Shown here: positions 46,221 through 54,422 of the stretch, piece by piece
Layout: each line of letters begins with the position of its first letter
Numbering within the stretch: position 1 is the stretch's first letter
Assembly: GCA_003343885.1 (NCBI GenBank)
Contig: QAKH01000079.1
Coordinates: 60,607 to 124,606, forward strand
Direction: 5' to 3'
Length of the DNA: 64,000 bases
Origin: Clostridiales bacterium
Lineage (GTDB): Bacteria; Bacillota; Clostridia; Oscillospirales; CAG-382
Notes under the pieces: model-generated
What the model was told of the DNA's origin: nothing
Seen by the model: only the letters and a program-made list of their open reading frames with translations
Database searches by the model: none
Made by a program: the position numbers and the translations under genes

Positions 46221-46472
46221 ATGAAATCGCTCAAGGTAAATCAGATCGAAAAGGCACGCCTTTCAAAAACGGAAATGGCTTACGTCACTGGAGGTGAAAG
46301 TTGTGGTTGTGCATGCCTGTATGCCGATTCGGGAGGGTCATCGACAGCGAGCAACAAGAATGCGAATGCAGCCAGCGGTTTGCATTCGCCCGGTATGCTT
46401 CACATCACAGGCTATATGAATGAAGATGGATCATGGACCCTGTGTGATAAGTGGGTACTTATAGCTAAGTAA
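46221..46472 (+). CDS. GG-leader peptide precursor A1 (25-aa leader, 58-aa core)
   Basis: MKSLKVNQIEKARLSKTEMAYVTGG | ESCGCACLYADSGGSS... The double-glycine leader is nearly identical to those of A2 and A3. Confidence 0.85.
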   Translation: MKSLKVNQIEKARLSKTEMAYVTGGESCGCACLYADSGGSSTASNKNANAASGLHSPGMLHITGYMNEDGSWTLCDKWVLIAK

Positions 46473-46500
46473 TCCATGGAATCTTAATAGATTGTATTTC

Positions 46501-46586
46501 AAACGCAAAATCAATTATATCTCATTATGCCCAAATGAATCCTTATCCCATCGGAGAGCATGATAAGGTTGATTGGTTTTGCGTTT
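46501..46586 (+). terminator. Nested hairpin structure just after precursor A1 (attenuator/stabiliser candidate)
   Basis: aaacgcaaaatcaat pairs with attggttttgcgttt (15 bp with one G-U). The inner pair is ccttatc/gataagg. No clear U-tract follows. Confidence 0.45.
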
Positions 46587-46611
46587 TGATCCCGTATAAA
46601 ATCATTCAGTT

Positions 46612-47799
46612 ATGAGCAAGTTCCTATACCCCCTGCTGCTCCTGCAATTCGTCGTGGTTTCCTGTTCGTCGCACGGACAGACGCCGCCGGCTGCCGACAA
46701 CACGAATTTGCGCATCGATCAGGACAGAATCATTACCCCCGTCGTAATCAACGCAACGGATACGCTCGAAATGCTGTTCGATACGGGATGCTTGGTCGGC
46801 TGCATGCTGCCGCAGTCGCTCGCCGAAAATTACGCCGACTCTCTGACCGTTACGCAGCCCGGAGCCGTCGTATCGCATATCGCGGTCAAGGATATATCGC
46901 TCGGCGGCCAATCGCTGAACGACAACAGGATTTACCATGTTCCCGACGAAGAGTTTGACGTTGTCGGGCCCGTCGACTTGCCATGTGTTATTGCTCCGGC
47001 GTATGCTACCGAAGAACGAATTTGGTGTTTCGATTTCGATAACCGCATGTTTTCCATTCGCGAGACGGACACCTTGCCCGAGAACGCCATTGTTTATCCA
47101 TTGCTATTTGCGAAGTATAAGGACCGGAAGATCGCTCCGTTCGTCAATATTCCGATGACCTTGTCTTACGGCGACCGCTCTTTGTCGACGGATTATGTCT
47201 ATCTGCTCGACACCGGCACGCCGTACGGATTCTGCATTACGGACCCTCCGGCAGAGCTGGAAGATTTCGTTTCGCGCATTCCCCATTGGAAAATCGAGGA
47301 TCGTTTTAGCGCGGAGATTCCCGACCGGCAGCATTTGGATTTCGAAGTCGACATCGATATGCCGCCCTTTGTCCTGCCGGACGTGCGCTGTGATTTCGAT
47401 ACGGGATTGAGAAGCTTTGCAGAAGAATTCAAGAACTTTCTTCCCGGTATCGGCAAACCGATCGTAGGCACGCTCGGCATGCGCATACTCAAGCATTTCA
47501 ATATGATCCTCGATTTCAGGAACGACCGGCTCATACTCACTCCGGCACAGCGTACCTATCCCTCCAAACCGGTGAACCGGACAGGGTTCTGGTGCGATTC
47601 GCAAGGGGTGGTAACGAGAATCCGCACGAACGATGCTGCCTACGGGCAAGGGCTTCGTCTCAAAGACACCGTTATGACCGTCGACGGCATCCGGTGGACC
47701 GACATCCCCGAGGAGAAGAGGGAAGATATATATTCTACGGAAGAGCGTACCGTCTGGGAAATCCGTTCAGCGGATGGAACCAAAAAGATAATCATCTGA
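46612..47799 (+). CDS. Lipoprotein with two retropepsin-like DTG motifs and a C-terminal PDZ-like domain
   Basis: Signal/lipobox LLLLQFVVVSC. The two motifs are LFDTGC and LLDTGTP. The C-terminal GLRLKDTVMTVDGIRW is PDZ-like. Confidence 0.6.
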   Translation: MSKFLYPLLLLQFVVVSCSSHGQTPPAADNTNLRIDQDRIITPVVINATDTLEMLFDTGCLVGCMLPQSLAENYADSLTVTQPGAVVSHIAVKDISLGGQSLNDNRIYHVPDEEFDVVGPVDLPCVIAPAYATEERIWCFDFDNRMFSIRETDTLPENAIVYPLLFAKYKDRKIAPFVNIPMTLSYGDRSLSTDYVYLLDTGTPYGFCITDPPAELEDFVSRIPHWKIEDRFSAEIPDRQHLDFEVDIDMPPFVLPDVRCDFDTGLRSFAEEFKNFLPGIGKPIVGTLGMRILKHFNMILDFRNDRLILTPAQRTYPSKPVNRTGFWCDSQGVVTRIRTNDAAYGQGLRLKDTVMTVDGIRWTDIPEEKREDIYSTEERTVWEIRSADGTKKIII

Positions 47800-47831
47800 A
47801 AACGGACTGCGGATAACCCGCCGGAGTTTCA

Positions 47832-47921
47832 TGCGGCTTTGCCAGCCCGACAAAAAACTTCCCGCGGGGAAACAAAACCGAGTGCGACAGCTCATAAGTT
47901 CAACTAAAACACAAAAAGGCA
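47832..47921 (+). repeat. Precursor-upstream element, copy 2 (core 47872..47921)
   Basis: Core acaaaaccgagtgcgacagctcataagttcaactaaaacacaaaaaggca. It ends 124 nt before the ATG at 48046. Confidence 0.85.
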
Positions 47922-48045
47922 GCAAGAGGTAATATAATTCTCCGGATTTCGGAGCAGGATTCGGAGAACAGCGGATCCGGATAACTCCGTCGCAAGGCAA
48001 AAATCCGATAAAAATCTGTTGTATAAAACCTAAAACACGAGAACC

Positions 48046-48291
48046 ATGAAATCGCTTAAAGTGAATCAGATCGAGAAAAACAACCTTTCGGAAAAGGAAA
48101 TGAGCAGCGTCAAAGGTGGAAATGTCTGCAATTGCGCCTGTTATTATCGAAATGTCGGCGGCTCCTCCATCGAGGCGAACGGACAGGCCAATTGGGCTGG
48201 AAATAAAAATTCGATTCATAAAACAGTCGACTCAGCCCTTATGATAGATGATGGCAATGGAGGTTGCCGTGATTTTTGGCGAACGAAATAA
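48046..48291 (+). CDS. GG-leader peptide precursor A2 (25-aa leader, 56-aa core)
   Basis: MKSLKVNQIEKNNLSEKEMSSVKGG | NVCNCACYYRNVGGSS... Confidence 0.85.
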   Translation: MKSLKVNQIEKNNLSEKEMSSVKGGNVCNCACYYRNVGGSSIEANGQANWAGNKNSIHKTVDSALMIDDGNGGCRDFWRTK

Positions 48292-48358
48292 TGAGACTTA
48301 TCAATAACTATATAAGCTATAGTATATTGGAGAGTTTACATTGAAGCGGACGATTATC

Positions 48359-49594
48359 ATGTTTCGGATACTCATTATTTTCATTCTGTTCCTCGCTTCG
48401 GCCTGCATCCGTCGGGACGAAGGAGCGCAGTCGCACGTTCCGGTATGCACCCTCGAACCCGCAGCTGCGAGATTCGAGTACGACATGATAGGACATCCGG
48501 TCATCGAAACGAAGTTGGATTCCGCTCATACGTGTAAGCTGATTTTCGATACGGGAAGTGCCGGAATGCTCGTCCTGGACAAGTGCTTTGCAGAAAAGAG
48601 CGGCCTGATCGACCGGTTCCGCCCTACGGAGACACTGAAGTCGGGATGGGATTTCAGGCGAGACATTCCCAGCATGACCGTGGAGCACCCCGTCTCGATA
48701 TCGATCGGGAATAGTCGGGTCTGCTATTCCGAATGTCGGATCGTGGACGGGCGCTCTTTGAACATGCTTGCGGCCGACGGCATTTTCTCCATTCCGCTCG
48801 AAGAGACCCGCACGTGGGAGCTCGACTGCGAAAACAAATGCCTCGCCGTATACGATTGGCCCGTTTTCTCGTTGCCGGGTATCTCCTTGCAGCTGGATGT
48901 CGTCGGGAACCAGTTCGTTATCCGGGATTTCCCGTTTCGGTTTCATTGCCGGAACGAATACGTGCGGCCACGGGTCGATTTGGTATTGGATACCGGAAGC
49001 CCCGCATCCCTCGTCTATCTGTATGCCGAGCCCGACAGTACGATGCGTGCGGTCCTGAACGACGAGACCACACGCAAATACGTCTGTCCTTCCAAGAACG
49101 GAGTCTTACCGACTTGCTATCGGCTGAATGAATATGGATTATTGAACCGCAAATTATGGATCGAGCACCGCGAACTGTTGCGTCCGTGGCGTATTTCGGG
49201 AGAGCGCGAGATGGTTGTGGCAGGCATGGACTTTTCGAAGTCGTTCAATCTGCGGTTCCATCCGGCCCGACACCGTATCGAACTGTTCCCCATCGCATAC
49301 GTCTCCCTGCAGGAGGATCAGAGCCGGCAGGAAGGGATGGCCGGATTCTGTTTCCGGGCTTTCCAAAGCAGGGAGGGGCACGCCGTAGTCGATTTCGTGA
49401 AGGAAGGATCGTATTGGCAGGATTTCGGTGTGGAAGAAGGGGATGTGATTCTCGATGTGGACGGTCGGCGGTTGTTCGACCTTCCCCGCTCTTATTTCGA
49501 CGAAACAGAATCCGAGCATTCGTTTACGATCGTTCGGGACCGGGATACGCTGTTCATCCGTTCCGGAACACCTCCGACCAGCGGAACCCCATGA
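48359..49594 (+). CDS. Paralogous double-DTG aspartic-protease-like lipoprotein with a PDZ-like C-terminus
   Basis: The ATG at 48359 (the track TTG is at 48341) gives MFRILIIFILFLASAC. The two motifs are IFDTGSAG and VLDTGSPAS. The C-terminal GVEEGDVILDVDGRRL is PDZ-like. Confidence 0.6.
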   Translation: MFRILIIFILFLASACIRRDEGAQSHVPVCTLEPAAARFEYDMIGHPVIETKLDSAHTCKLIFDTGSAGMLVLDKCFAEKSGLIDRFRPTETLKSGWDFRRDIPSMTVEHPVSISIGNSRVCYSECRIVDGRSLNMLAADGIFSIPLEETRTWELDCENKCLAVYDWPVFSLPGISLQLDVVGNQFVIRDFPFRFHCRNEYVRPRVDLVLDTGSPASLVYLYAEPDSTMRAVLNDETTRKYVCPSKNGVLPTCYRLNEYGLLNRKLWIEHRELLRPWRISGEREMVVAGMDFSKSFNLRFHPARHRIELFPIAYVSLQEDQSRQEGMAGFCFRAFQSREGHAVVDFVKEGSYWQDFGVEEGDVILDVDGRRLFDLPRSYFDETESEHSFTIVRDRDTLFIRSGTPPTSGTP

Positions 49595-49608
49595 CTTCCA
49601 TTCGTATC

Positions 49609-49702
49609 ATTCGGACTTGCCATCCGAATATGAAGAGCCACCCCGCGAGGAAGCAAAACCGAGTGCGACAGCTCATATGTTCAACTAAAACACAGAAAGG
49701 CA
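49609..49702 (+). repeat. Precursor-upstream element, copy 3 (core 49653..49702)
   Basis: Hairpin attcgga-cttgcca-tccgaat followed by core gcaaaaccgagtgcgacagctcatatgttcaactaaaacacagaaaggca. It ends 121 nt before the ATG at 49824. Confidence 0.85.
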
Positions 49703-49823
49703 GTGCAGAGATAGAGTTATTTTCCGGATTGACGGAATGTTACCCGGAAAACGGCAGATTGAATCGTTCTGACGAAAAACAAAAGTTTCAGTTGTGATGT
49801 ATAACCTGTAAAAAACGAAGATT

Positions 49824-50072
49824 ATGAAATCGCTCAAGGTAAATCAGATTGAAAAAAACAATCTTTCGGAAAAGGAGATGCAACACATAGCCGGGGGCAA
49901 ACCAGCAGGAATGTGTGGTTGCGGCTGTATGTATGAGGGCCATGGCGGGTCTTCATCCATGGACAACGGACTGGCAAATGCCGATACCGGAATTTGGACC
50001 GGGGATAAATTCACATGCATCCAGTCCGTAATCGTCGTAGCTAAAAGGAAGGACAATTTAACTACCGAATAG
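49824..50072 (+). CDS. GG-leader peptide precursor A3 (25-aa leader, 57-aa core)
   Basis: MKSLKVNQIEKNNLSEKEMQHIAGG | KPAGMCGCGCMYEGHGGSS... Confidence 0.85.
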   Translation: MKSLKVNQIEKNNLSEKEMQHIAGGKPAGMCGCGCMYEGHGGSSSMDNGLANADTGIWTGDKFTCIQSVIVVAKRKDNLTTE

Positions 50073-50081
50073 CTTCCATCC

Positions 50082-50112
50082 TTACCTGCGGCTCGGAATG
50101 GGCCGCAGGTAA
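50082..50112 (+). terminator. 11-bp hairpin just after precursor A3
   Basis: ttacctgcggc ... gccgcaggtaa, starting 10 nt after the stop. Confidence 0.5.
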
Positions 50113-50128
50113 ATAAAAACTTTTGCTT

Positions 50129-51064
50129 ATGAGAACTTTCTTGATCTTGCTGTCTGCACTCTCGATTTCGTGGTTGACGGCTTCGGCGCAGCATTATTCT
50201 CCGGAGGTCAGAGACCCGGGCGCAAAATATCCGATCGACACCTGCCGTCTCTGCGTAACCTACGACTTCGCCTATGTGGAAGATACGTTGGATATGAAGA
50301 TCCTGCACGACCGCACGCTGCTCGAAATAGGACCGAGCACGAGTCGCTATTACAGTCAGTACACCGATCGGATCGACTCAATGGCCTATCTTTATTATGT
50401 GGATATTCCGCCGACGGATATCGCCCGTCTGGAGAGTGGCATCCCATTGTGGGACTGGATGCAACCCGATGAACAGGCGTGGTATTGCGATGTATATACT
50501 TTCCCGAAGGAGAAGAAACGGATGGTCTCCACCCGCTTCCTAAAGGAAGAATACCGATACGACGAGCCGGTCGAAGCGCTGGACTGGCGGATCACGGAAC
50601 AGACGGATACGGTTGCGGGGTATCTCTGCCGCAAGGCGGTCGCGACCTTCCGCGGCAGAACATGGGAGGCATGGTTCGCGCCGGAGATTCCTCAGGCGCA
50701 CGGACCGTGGAAGCTGGGCGGTCTGCCCGGGCTGATTCTGAAAGCTGCCGACACGGAGGGGCTCTTCCGCTGGACGGCGATCGGACTGGAACAACCCGTC
50801 GGACGGATGATTCACGACTATGCGGACAAGGCGCTGAACGGTACGAACCGTCATGAGCTCATCATTCCGTCGCACAAGAAAGTCAAGTGTTCGCGTAAGG
50901 ACGTCGACCGCCTGTGGCGCAGGCAGTGGCTGGCCCCGTTGACGATGATGTTTCTGGACGGAGAGGAGCATATCATCTACGACATGAGTACGCAAAAGAC
51001 GGTCGAGATCGACATCAACTACATCCCCGAGGGCTATTATCCGAAACTGGAACTGGACATATGA
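50129..51064 (+). CDS. GLPGLI-family secreted protein
   Basis: Signal peptide MRTFLILLSALSISWLTASAQ. The family signature is ...GPWKLGGLPGLILKA... preceded by GYLCRKAVATFRGRTWEAWFAPEIP. Confidence 0.75.
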   Translation: MRTFLILLSALSISWLTASAQHYSPEVRDPGAKYPIDTCRLCVTYDFAYVEDTLDMKILHDRTLLEIGPSTSRYYSQYTDRIDSMAYLYYVDIPPTDIARLESGIPLWDWMQPDEQAWYCDVYTFPKEKKRMVSTRFLKEEYRYDEPVEALDWRITEQTDTVAGYLCRKAVATFRGRTWEAWFAPEIPQAHGPWKLGGLPGLILKAADTEGLFRWTAIGLEQPVGRMIHDYADKALNGTNRHELIIPSHKKVKCSRKDVDRLWRRQWLAPLTMMFLDGEEHIIYDMSTQKTVEIDINYIPEGYYPKLELDI

Positions 51065-51073
51065 ATTTTTCCG

Positions 51074-51168
51074 ATTCGGACTTGCCATCCGAATACGAAA
51101 AAGCCTTCCCGCGAGGAAGCAAAACCGAGTGCGACAGCTCATAAGTTCAACTAAAACGCAGAAAGGCA
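51074..51168 (+). repeat. Precursor-upstream element, copy 4 (core 51119..51168)
   Basis: Same attcgga-cttgcca-tccgaat hairpin, then a cttcc-cgcga-ggaag hairpin, then core gcaaaaccgagtgcgacagctcataagttcaactaaaacgcagaaaggca. It ends 122 nt before the ATG at 51291. Confidence 0.85.
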
Positions 51169-51290
51169 CTGCAAAGATAATAATCTTTCAGAATCATTCT
51201 TACGATTCAGAGAGCGGCAGTTCAAGGAATACTGTCGAAAAGCAAAAGTCCTAATCCAAATAGTATTAAAATCGACCAAAAACTACAATT

Positions 51291-51512
51291 ATGAAATCGA
51301 TGAAAGATTTTGCTGCACAGCAGCTCTCGAAAAAGCAGATGAACGATGTAAAAGGCGGCGCCTTCTGCCGAGCTTACAGCAAAGCGAGCGGACAAGAAAT
51401 CGCTCATGGTAATTTTCCTGGCCAGACAACTGCCGGTGCGACCGTAAAAATGGAGATCGAACTCAATCGGGCCGGCTGGCAACAGGGAAGCTATACGGTA
51501 AGCTGCGCATAG
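51291..51512 (+). CDS. GG-leader peptide precursor B1 (23-aa leader, 50-aa core)
   Basis: MKSMKDFAAQQLSKKQMNDVKGG | AFCRAYSK...SYTVSCA. Cys at core position 3 and at the penultimate position. Confidence 0.8.
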   Translation: MKSMKDFAAQQLSKKQMNDVKGGAFCRAYSKASGQEIAHGNFPGQTTAGATVKMEIELNRAGWQQGSYTVSCA

Positions 51513-51521
51513 TTCATAAAA

Positions 51522-51549
51522 AAGAGACAGGGGATATCCCCTGTCTCTT
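51522..51549 (+). terminator. 12-bp perfect hairpin just after precursor B1
   Basis: aagagacagggg-atat-cccctgtctctt, starting 10 nt after the stop. An A-run lies before it and no U-run follows on the + strand. Confidence 0.5.
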
Positions 51550-51581
51550 ACCTGCCTCCATCACCTTTAGAAACTGCCATT

Positions 51582-52889
51582 ATGAAACATCCACTTGTTT
51601 ATCTGCTTTTTTTGTTTTCGACAATCAACGTCTGCGGGCAGCATCCGTCTTCCGTCCGCATATCGGGTTCGGTCGCCGACAGTCTCGATGCCGAGGGCCG
51701 CACAGCTTATCTGTTCACCTATTTCGACAATCAGGCGGCCTTCATCGATTCCTGCCGGATTTGCGGCGGGCGTTTCGTGTTGGAGGGGCGGATTCCGTTC
51801 GACGAAGTGGCGGCCGAGGTTCTCATCGAACGCGTACCGCTCTCTTCCGGCTCGATCGTCGTCCGAAGCGGCGACCGGATAGACTTCGCATTCGCGCCGC
51901 TGGGGCGGATGGGCCGTCCGGAGGTATCGGGGTCCGAATCCCAAGAGGAGCTGTGCAGCGTCCTCGGGGCTCCGGTCGTAACACTGCGCAAACGGTTGCA
52001 AGCCGAATCTCTGAATTTGTCGCCCGACGACGACCGCCGTGCAGCACTCGCAACACGTATCGACTCCTGCTTCCGCGCCGAAGGGCTGTTGTGGCGGGAG
52101 CTGCTGCGGACCACCCGAAGCGGGTTCAATGCGGTATATGCCTGCCTCAATCTTTTGCCGGATCTGTCGGAGAGCGAACAGACCGAGACATACGCATATA
52201 TCCGTGCAAAATTCCCCGACAATGCGAATCTTTCGATGCTTACGGGAACGACTCCTTCCGGTGAACCCATACCCGCGATGACGCCCGAGAGCCGCGAGGC
52301 ATTCAACCGTTATGCCTGCATCGTAGGCGATCCGCTCCCTTACCCGGACCCGGTCGAAGAAGAAGCCGGATTCGAACTCACGATAGCCCCTCCGGGTTCC
52401 GCGATTTCGGACGCGGACAACCCCACGGATGCAGACGAAGACAAACCGGCGATCCCGTATCGCTGCGGGGATACCGTCGTCAGCTTCAGTCTGCCCGACA
52501 GAGAGGGCAAGGAAACGTCGTGGCGCAGCCTGCAAACGCCTTACGTGCTGATCGATTTCTGGGCCTCGTGGTGCCTTCCGTGCCGCGAGGAGATGCCGGG
52601 GCTGCTGGCTGCGGCCCGCGATTACGAAAGAACGCTTGCGGTATACGCCGTATCCATCGACGAGAACCTGAACCGCTGGAAGCAGGCCGTAGAGGCTGAC
52701 GGGAGCGGCACGGCGCTGACCCATGTAATCCTGCGCAAGGACGATCCGGACTACGACCGTCTGTTCCGAATGTTCGGTATCGAGACCATCCCGCACAACT
52801 TCCTGCTGGATGCCGACGGGAAGATCGTCGCCGTCGATCTGCGCGGCGATGCGCTGCGCTCGAAGCTCGAAGAGCTGCAACGGGAATAA
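51582..52889 (+). CDS. TlpA/AhpC-like thioredoxin-fold thiol:disulfide oxidoreductase (secreted)
   Basis: Signal peptide present. The active site is FWASWCLPCREEMP (CxxC). The N-terminal beta-rich domain is typical of Bacteroidetes TlpA-like proteins. Confidence 0.8.
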   Translation: MKHPLVYLLFLFSTINVCGQHPSSVRISGSVADSLDAEGRTAYLFTYFDNQAAFIDSCRICGGRFVLEGRIPFDEVAAEVLIERVPLSSGSIVVRSGDRIDFAFAPLGRMGRPEVSGSESQEELCSVLGAPVVTLRKRLQAESLNLSPDDDRRAALATRIDSCFRAEGLLWRELLRTTRSGFNAVYACLNLLPDLSESEQTETYAYIRAKFPDNANLSMLTGTTPSGEPIPAMTPESREAFNRYACIVGDPLPYPDPVEEEAGFELTIAPPGSAISDADNPTDADEDKPAIPYRCGDTVVSFSLPDREGKETSWRSLQTPYVLIDFWASWCLPCREEMPGLLAAARDYERTLAVYAVSIDENLNRWKQAVEADGSGTALTHVILRKDDPDYDRLFRMFGIETIPHNFLLDADGKIVAVDLRGDALRSKLEELQRE

Positions 52890-52958
52890 CGTTTCGGGAA
52901 ACGCTGCCGAGGTAAAAACTCGCACCGAAACAATATTCCAAGAACCAATATAATGTTG

Positions 52959-53058
52959 AATCCGGTTTTGCCGGCCTGATTCGACGAAAAAGCCCTCCCC
53001 TGGTGGGAACAAAACCGATTGCGACAGCTCATAAGTTCAACTAAAACGCAGAAAGGCA
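52959..53058 (+). repeat. Precursor-upstream element, copy 5 (core 53009..53058)
   Basis: Core acaaaaccgattgcgacagctcataagttcaactaaaacgcagaaaggca. It ends 123 nt before the ATG at 53182. Confidence 0.85.
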
Positions 53059-53181
53059 TAAGAAAATGGAATTCTTTTCCGGATCATCGGGATATGAATC
53101 GGGAAACGGCAGTTCAGGACGCCTGTCGAGATGCAAAAGTCCGGACCGAAACAGAATTCAAAATCGACAAAAACTACGACT

Positions 53182-53394
53182 ATGAAAACGAACATGAAAA
53201 ATTTTGCAGCACAGCAACTGACGAAAAAACAGATGAACGAAGCCAAGGGCGGATGGCGCTGTCTTGTTGTCACCAAATGGGGCGAAGGCGATAGCCCGAA
53301 CGAAGGCTATTGGATCGATGTACCTGGTAATAACGCCAACGAGGCTGCAAACAATATCAAACGCCCGGCAGATGCGATTGGCATTGTTTGCTAA
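53182..53394 (+). CDS. GG-leader peptide precursor B2 (24-aa leader, 46-aa core)
   Basis: MKTNMKNFAAQQLTKKQMNEAKGG | WRCLVVTK...AIGIVC. The start was chosen by homology to B1/B3 and by the constant 123-nt distance from the upstream core. The track ORF starts 51 nt earlier. Confidence 0.8.
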   Translation: MKTNMKNFAAQQLTKKQMNEAKGGWRCLVVTKWGEGDSPNEGYWIDVPGNNANEAANNIKRPADAIGIVC

Positions 53395-53406
53395 ATAGAA
53401 CTCGGG

Positions 53407-53439
53407 GAGTTGTTCGTCGAATTTTTTGACGAACAACTC
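53407..53439 (+). terminator. 12-bp hairpin just after precursor B2
   Basis: gagttgttcgtc-gaatttttt-gacgaacaactc. Confidence 0.5.
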
Positions 53440-53476
53440 TTCCTGACAAGCCCGATGACAATTTCAAGCAAGTTCG

Positions 53477-54373
53477 ATGACAAAATTCACTTATATAATT
53501 ACCTTGTTGTCATGCCTTTCGGCTTCGGCTCAGCGTATCGTTCCGCTCTCCGAAATGAAACGCACCATGCCGGTCTATTCAGGTACTTATATCCCGAATT
53601 TCGAGAGTTTTTATTCTACTGCCGAGCGGGAGGAGATCGATGATATCGCCCTGCGTGTCATCTACGACCTCACCGTTCGGATCGATACGCTGGTGCGCCA
53701 TGACAGAATCGTTGCCGAAACGGGGAGCCGCTACACAAGTTTCTACAGTCTGTACCTTCGGGAACTATCAAAGAACCATACCGACCGGAACCGAAGAACT
53801 TCTTATGAGTGGATGGACTCGTGCAGCGTACAATATTCCGCGGCACTTTACGTCGATCTCCGCCGCCGGATACTCGAAGAATGCGTGTTGTTGCCCAACA
53901 TCGATAATCTGTTCCATACCTATGATGAACCGCTGCCGGCAATCGAATGGGAACTTGACGACGCTGTTTGCGGGATTCTGGGATACCGCTGCATGAAGGC
54001 TCGGTGTTCATTCCGGGGGCGGGAATGGAGTGTTTGGTATGCCCCGGATCTTCCTGTAATTGCCGGATTCTGGAAATTCCACGGTTTGCCGGGGATGGTT
54101 TTGGCCGCCAAAGACGCTTCCGGAGAGTACAGCTTCAGGGCTATCGGCATCGAGAAGCCCGCAGAACCGATGCTTCGTTACAAGGTGCCCTCCCGCAAGA
54201 TGTCGCGCGAGCGGGTGCAAAAGGCCGCTCGCACTGTCTACAACAATCCGATCGACTCGTTCTTTGCCGAGACGGGACAAAACTATTTCGTGACGCTTCA
54301 GGATGGCCAACCTCGGCTCATTACCCATGATCAATGCAGTCCGATTCCCTATAATCCGCTTGAGCTGGAGTAA
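53477..54373 (+). CDS. GLPGLI-family secreted protein
   Basis: Signal peptide MTKFTYIITLLSCLSASAQ. The signature is GYRCMKARCSFRGREWSVWYAPDLPVIAGFWKFHGLPGMVLAA. Confidence 0.75.
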   Translation: MTKFTYIITLLSCLSASAQRIVPLSEMKRTMPVYSGTYIPNFESFYSTAEREEIDDIALRVIYDLTVRIDTLVRHDRIVAETGSRYTSFYSLYLRELSKNHTDRNRRTSYEWMDSCSVQYSAALYVDLRRRILEECVLLPNIDNLFHTYDEPLPAIEWELDDAVCGILGYRCMKARCSFRGREWSVWYAPDLPVIAGFWKFHGLPGMVLAAKDASGEYSFRAIGIEKPAEPMLRYKVPSRKMSRERVQKAARTVYNNPIDSFFAETGQNYFVTLQDGQPRLITHDQCSPIPYNPLELE

Positions 54374-54422
54374 AAATATACTTGTTAAGCATTTGCCCCC
54401 CCCAAAAAAATCCACCTTTGCC

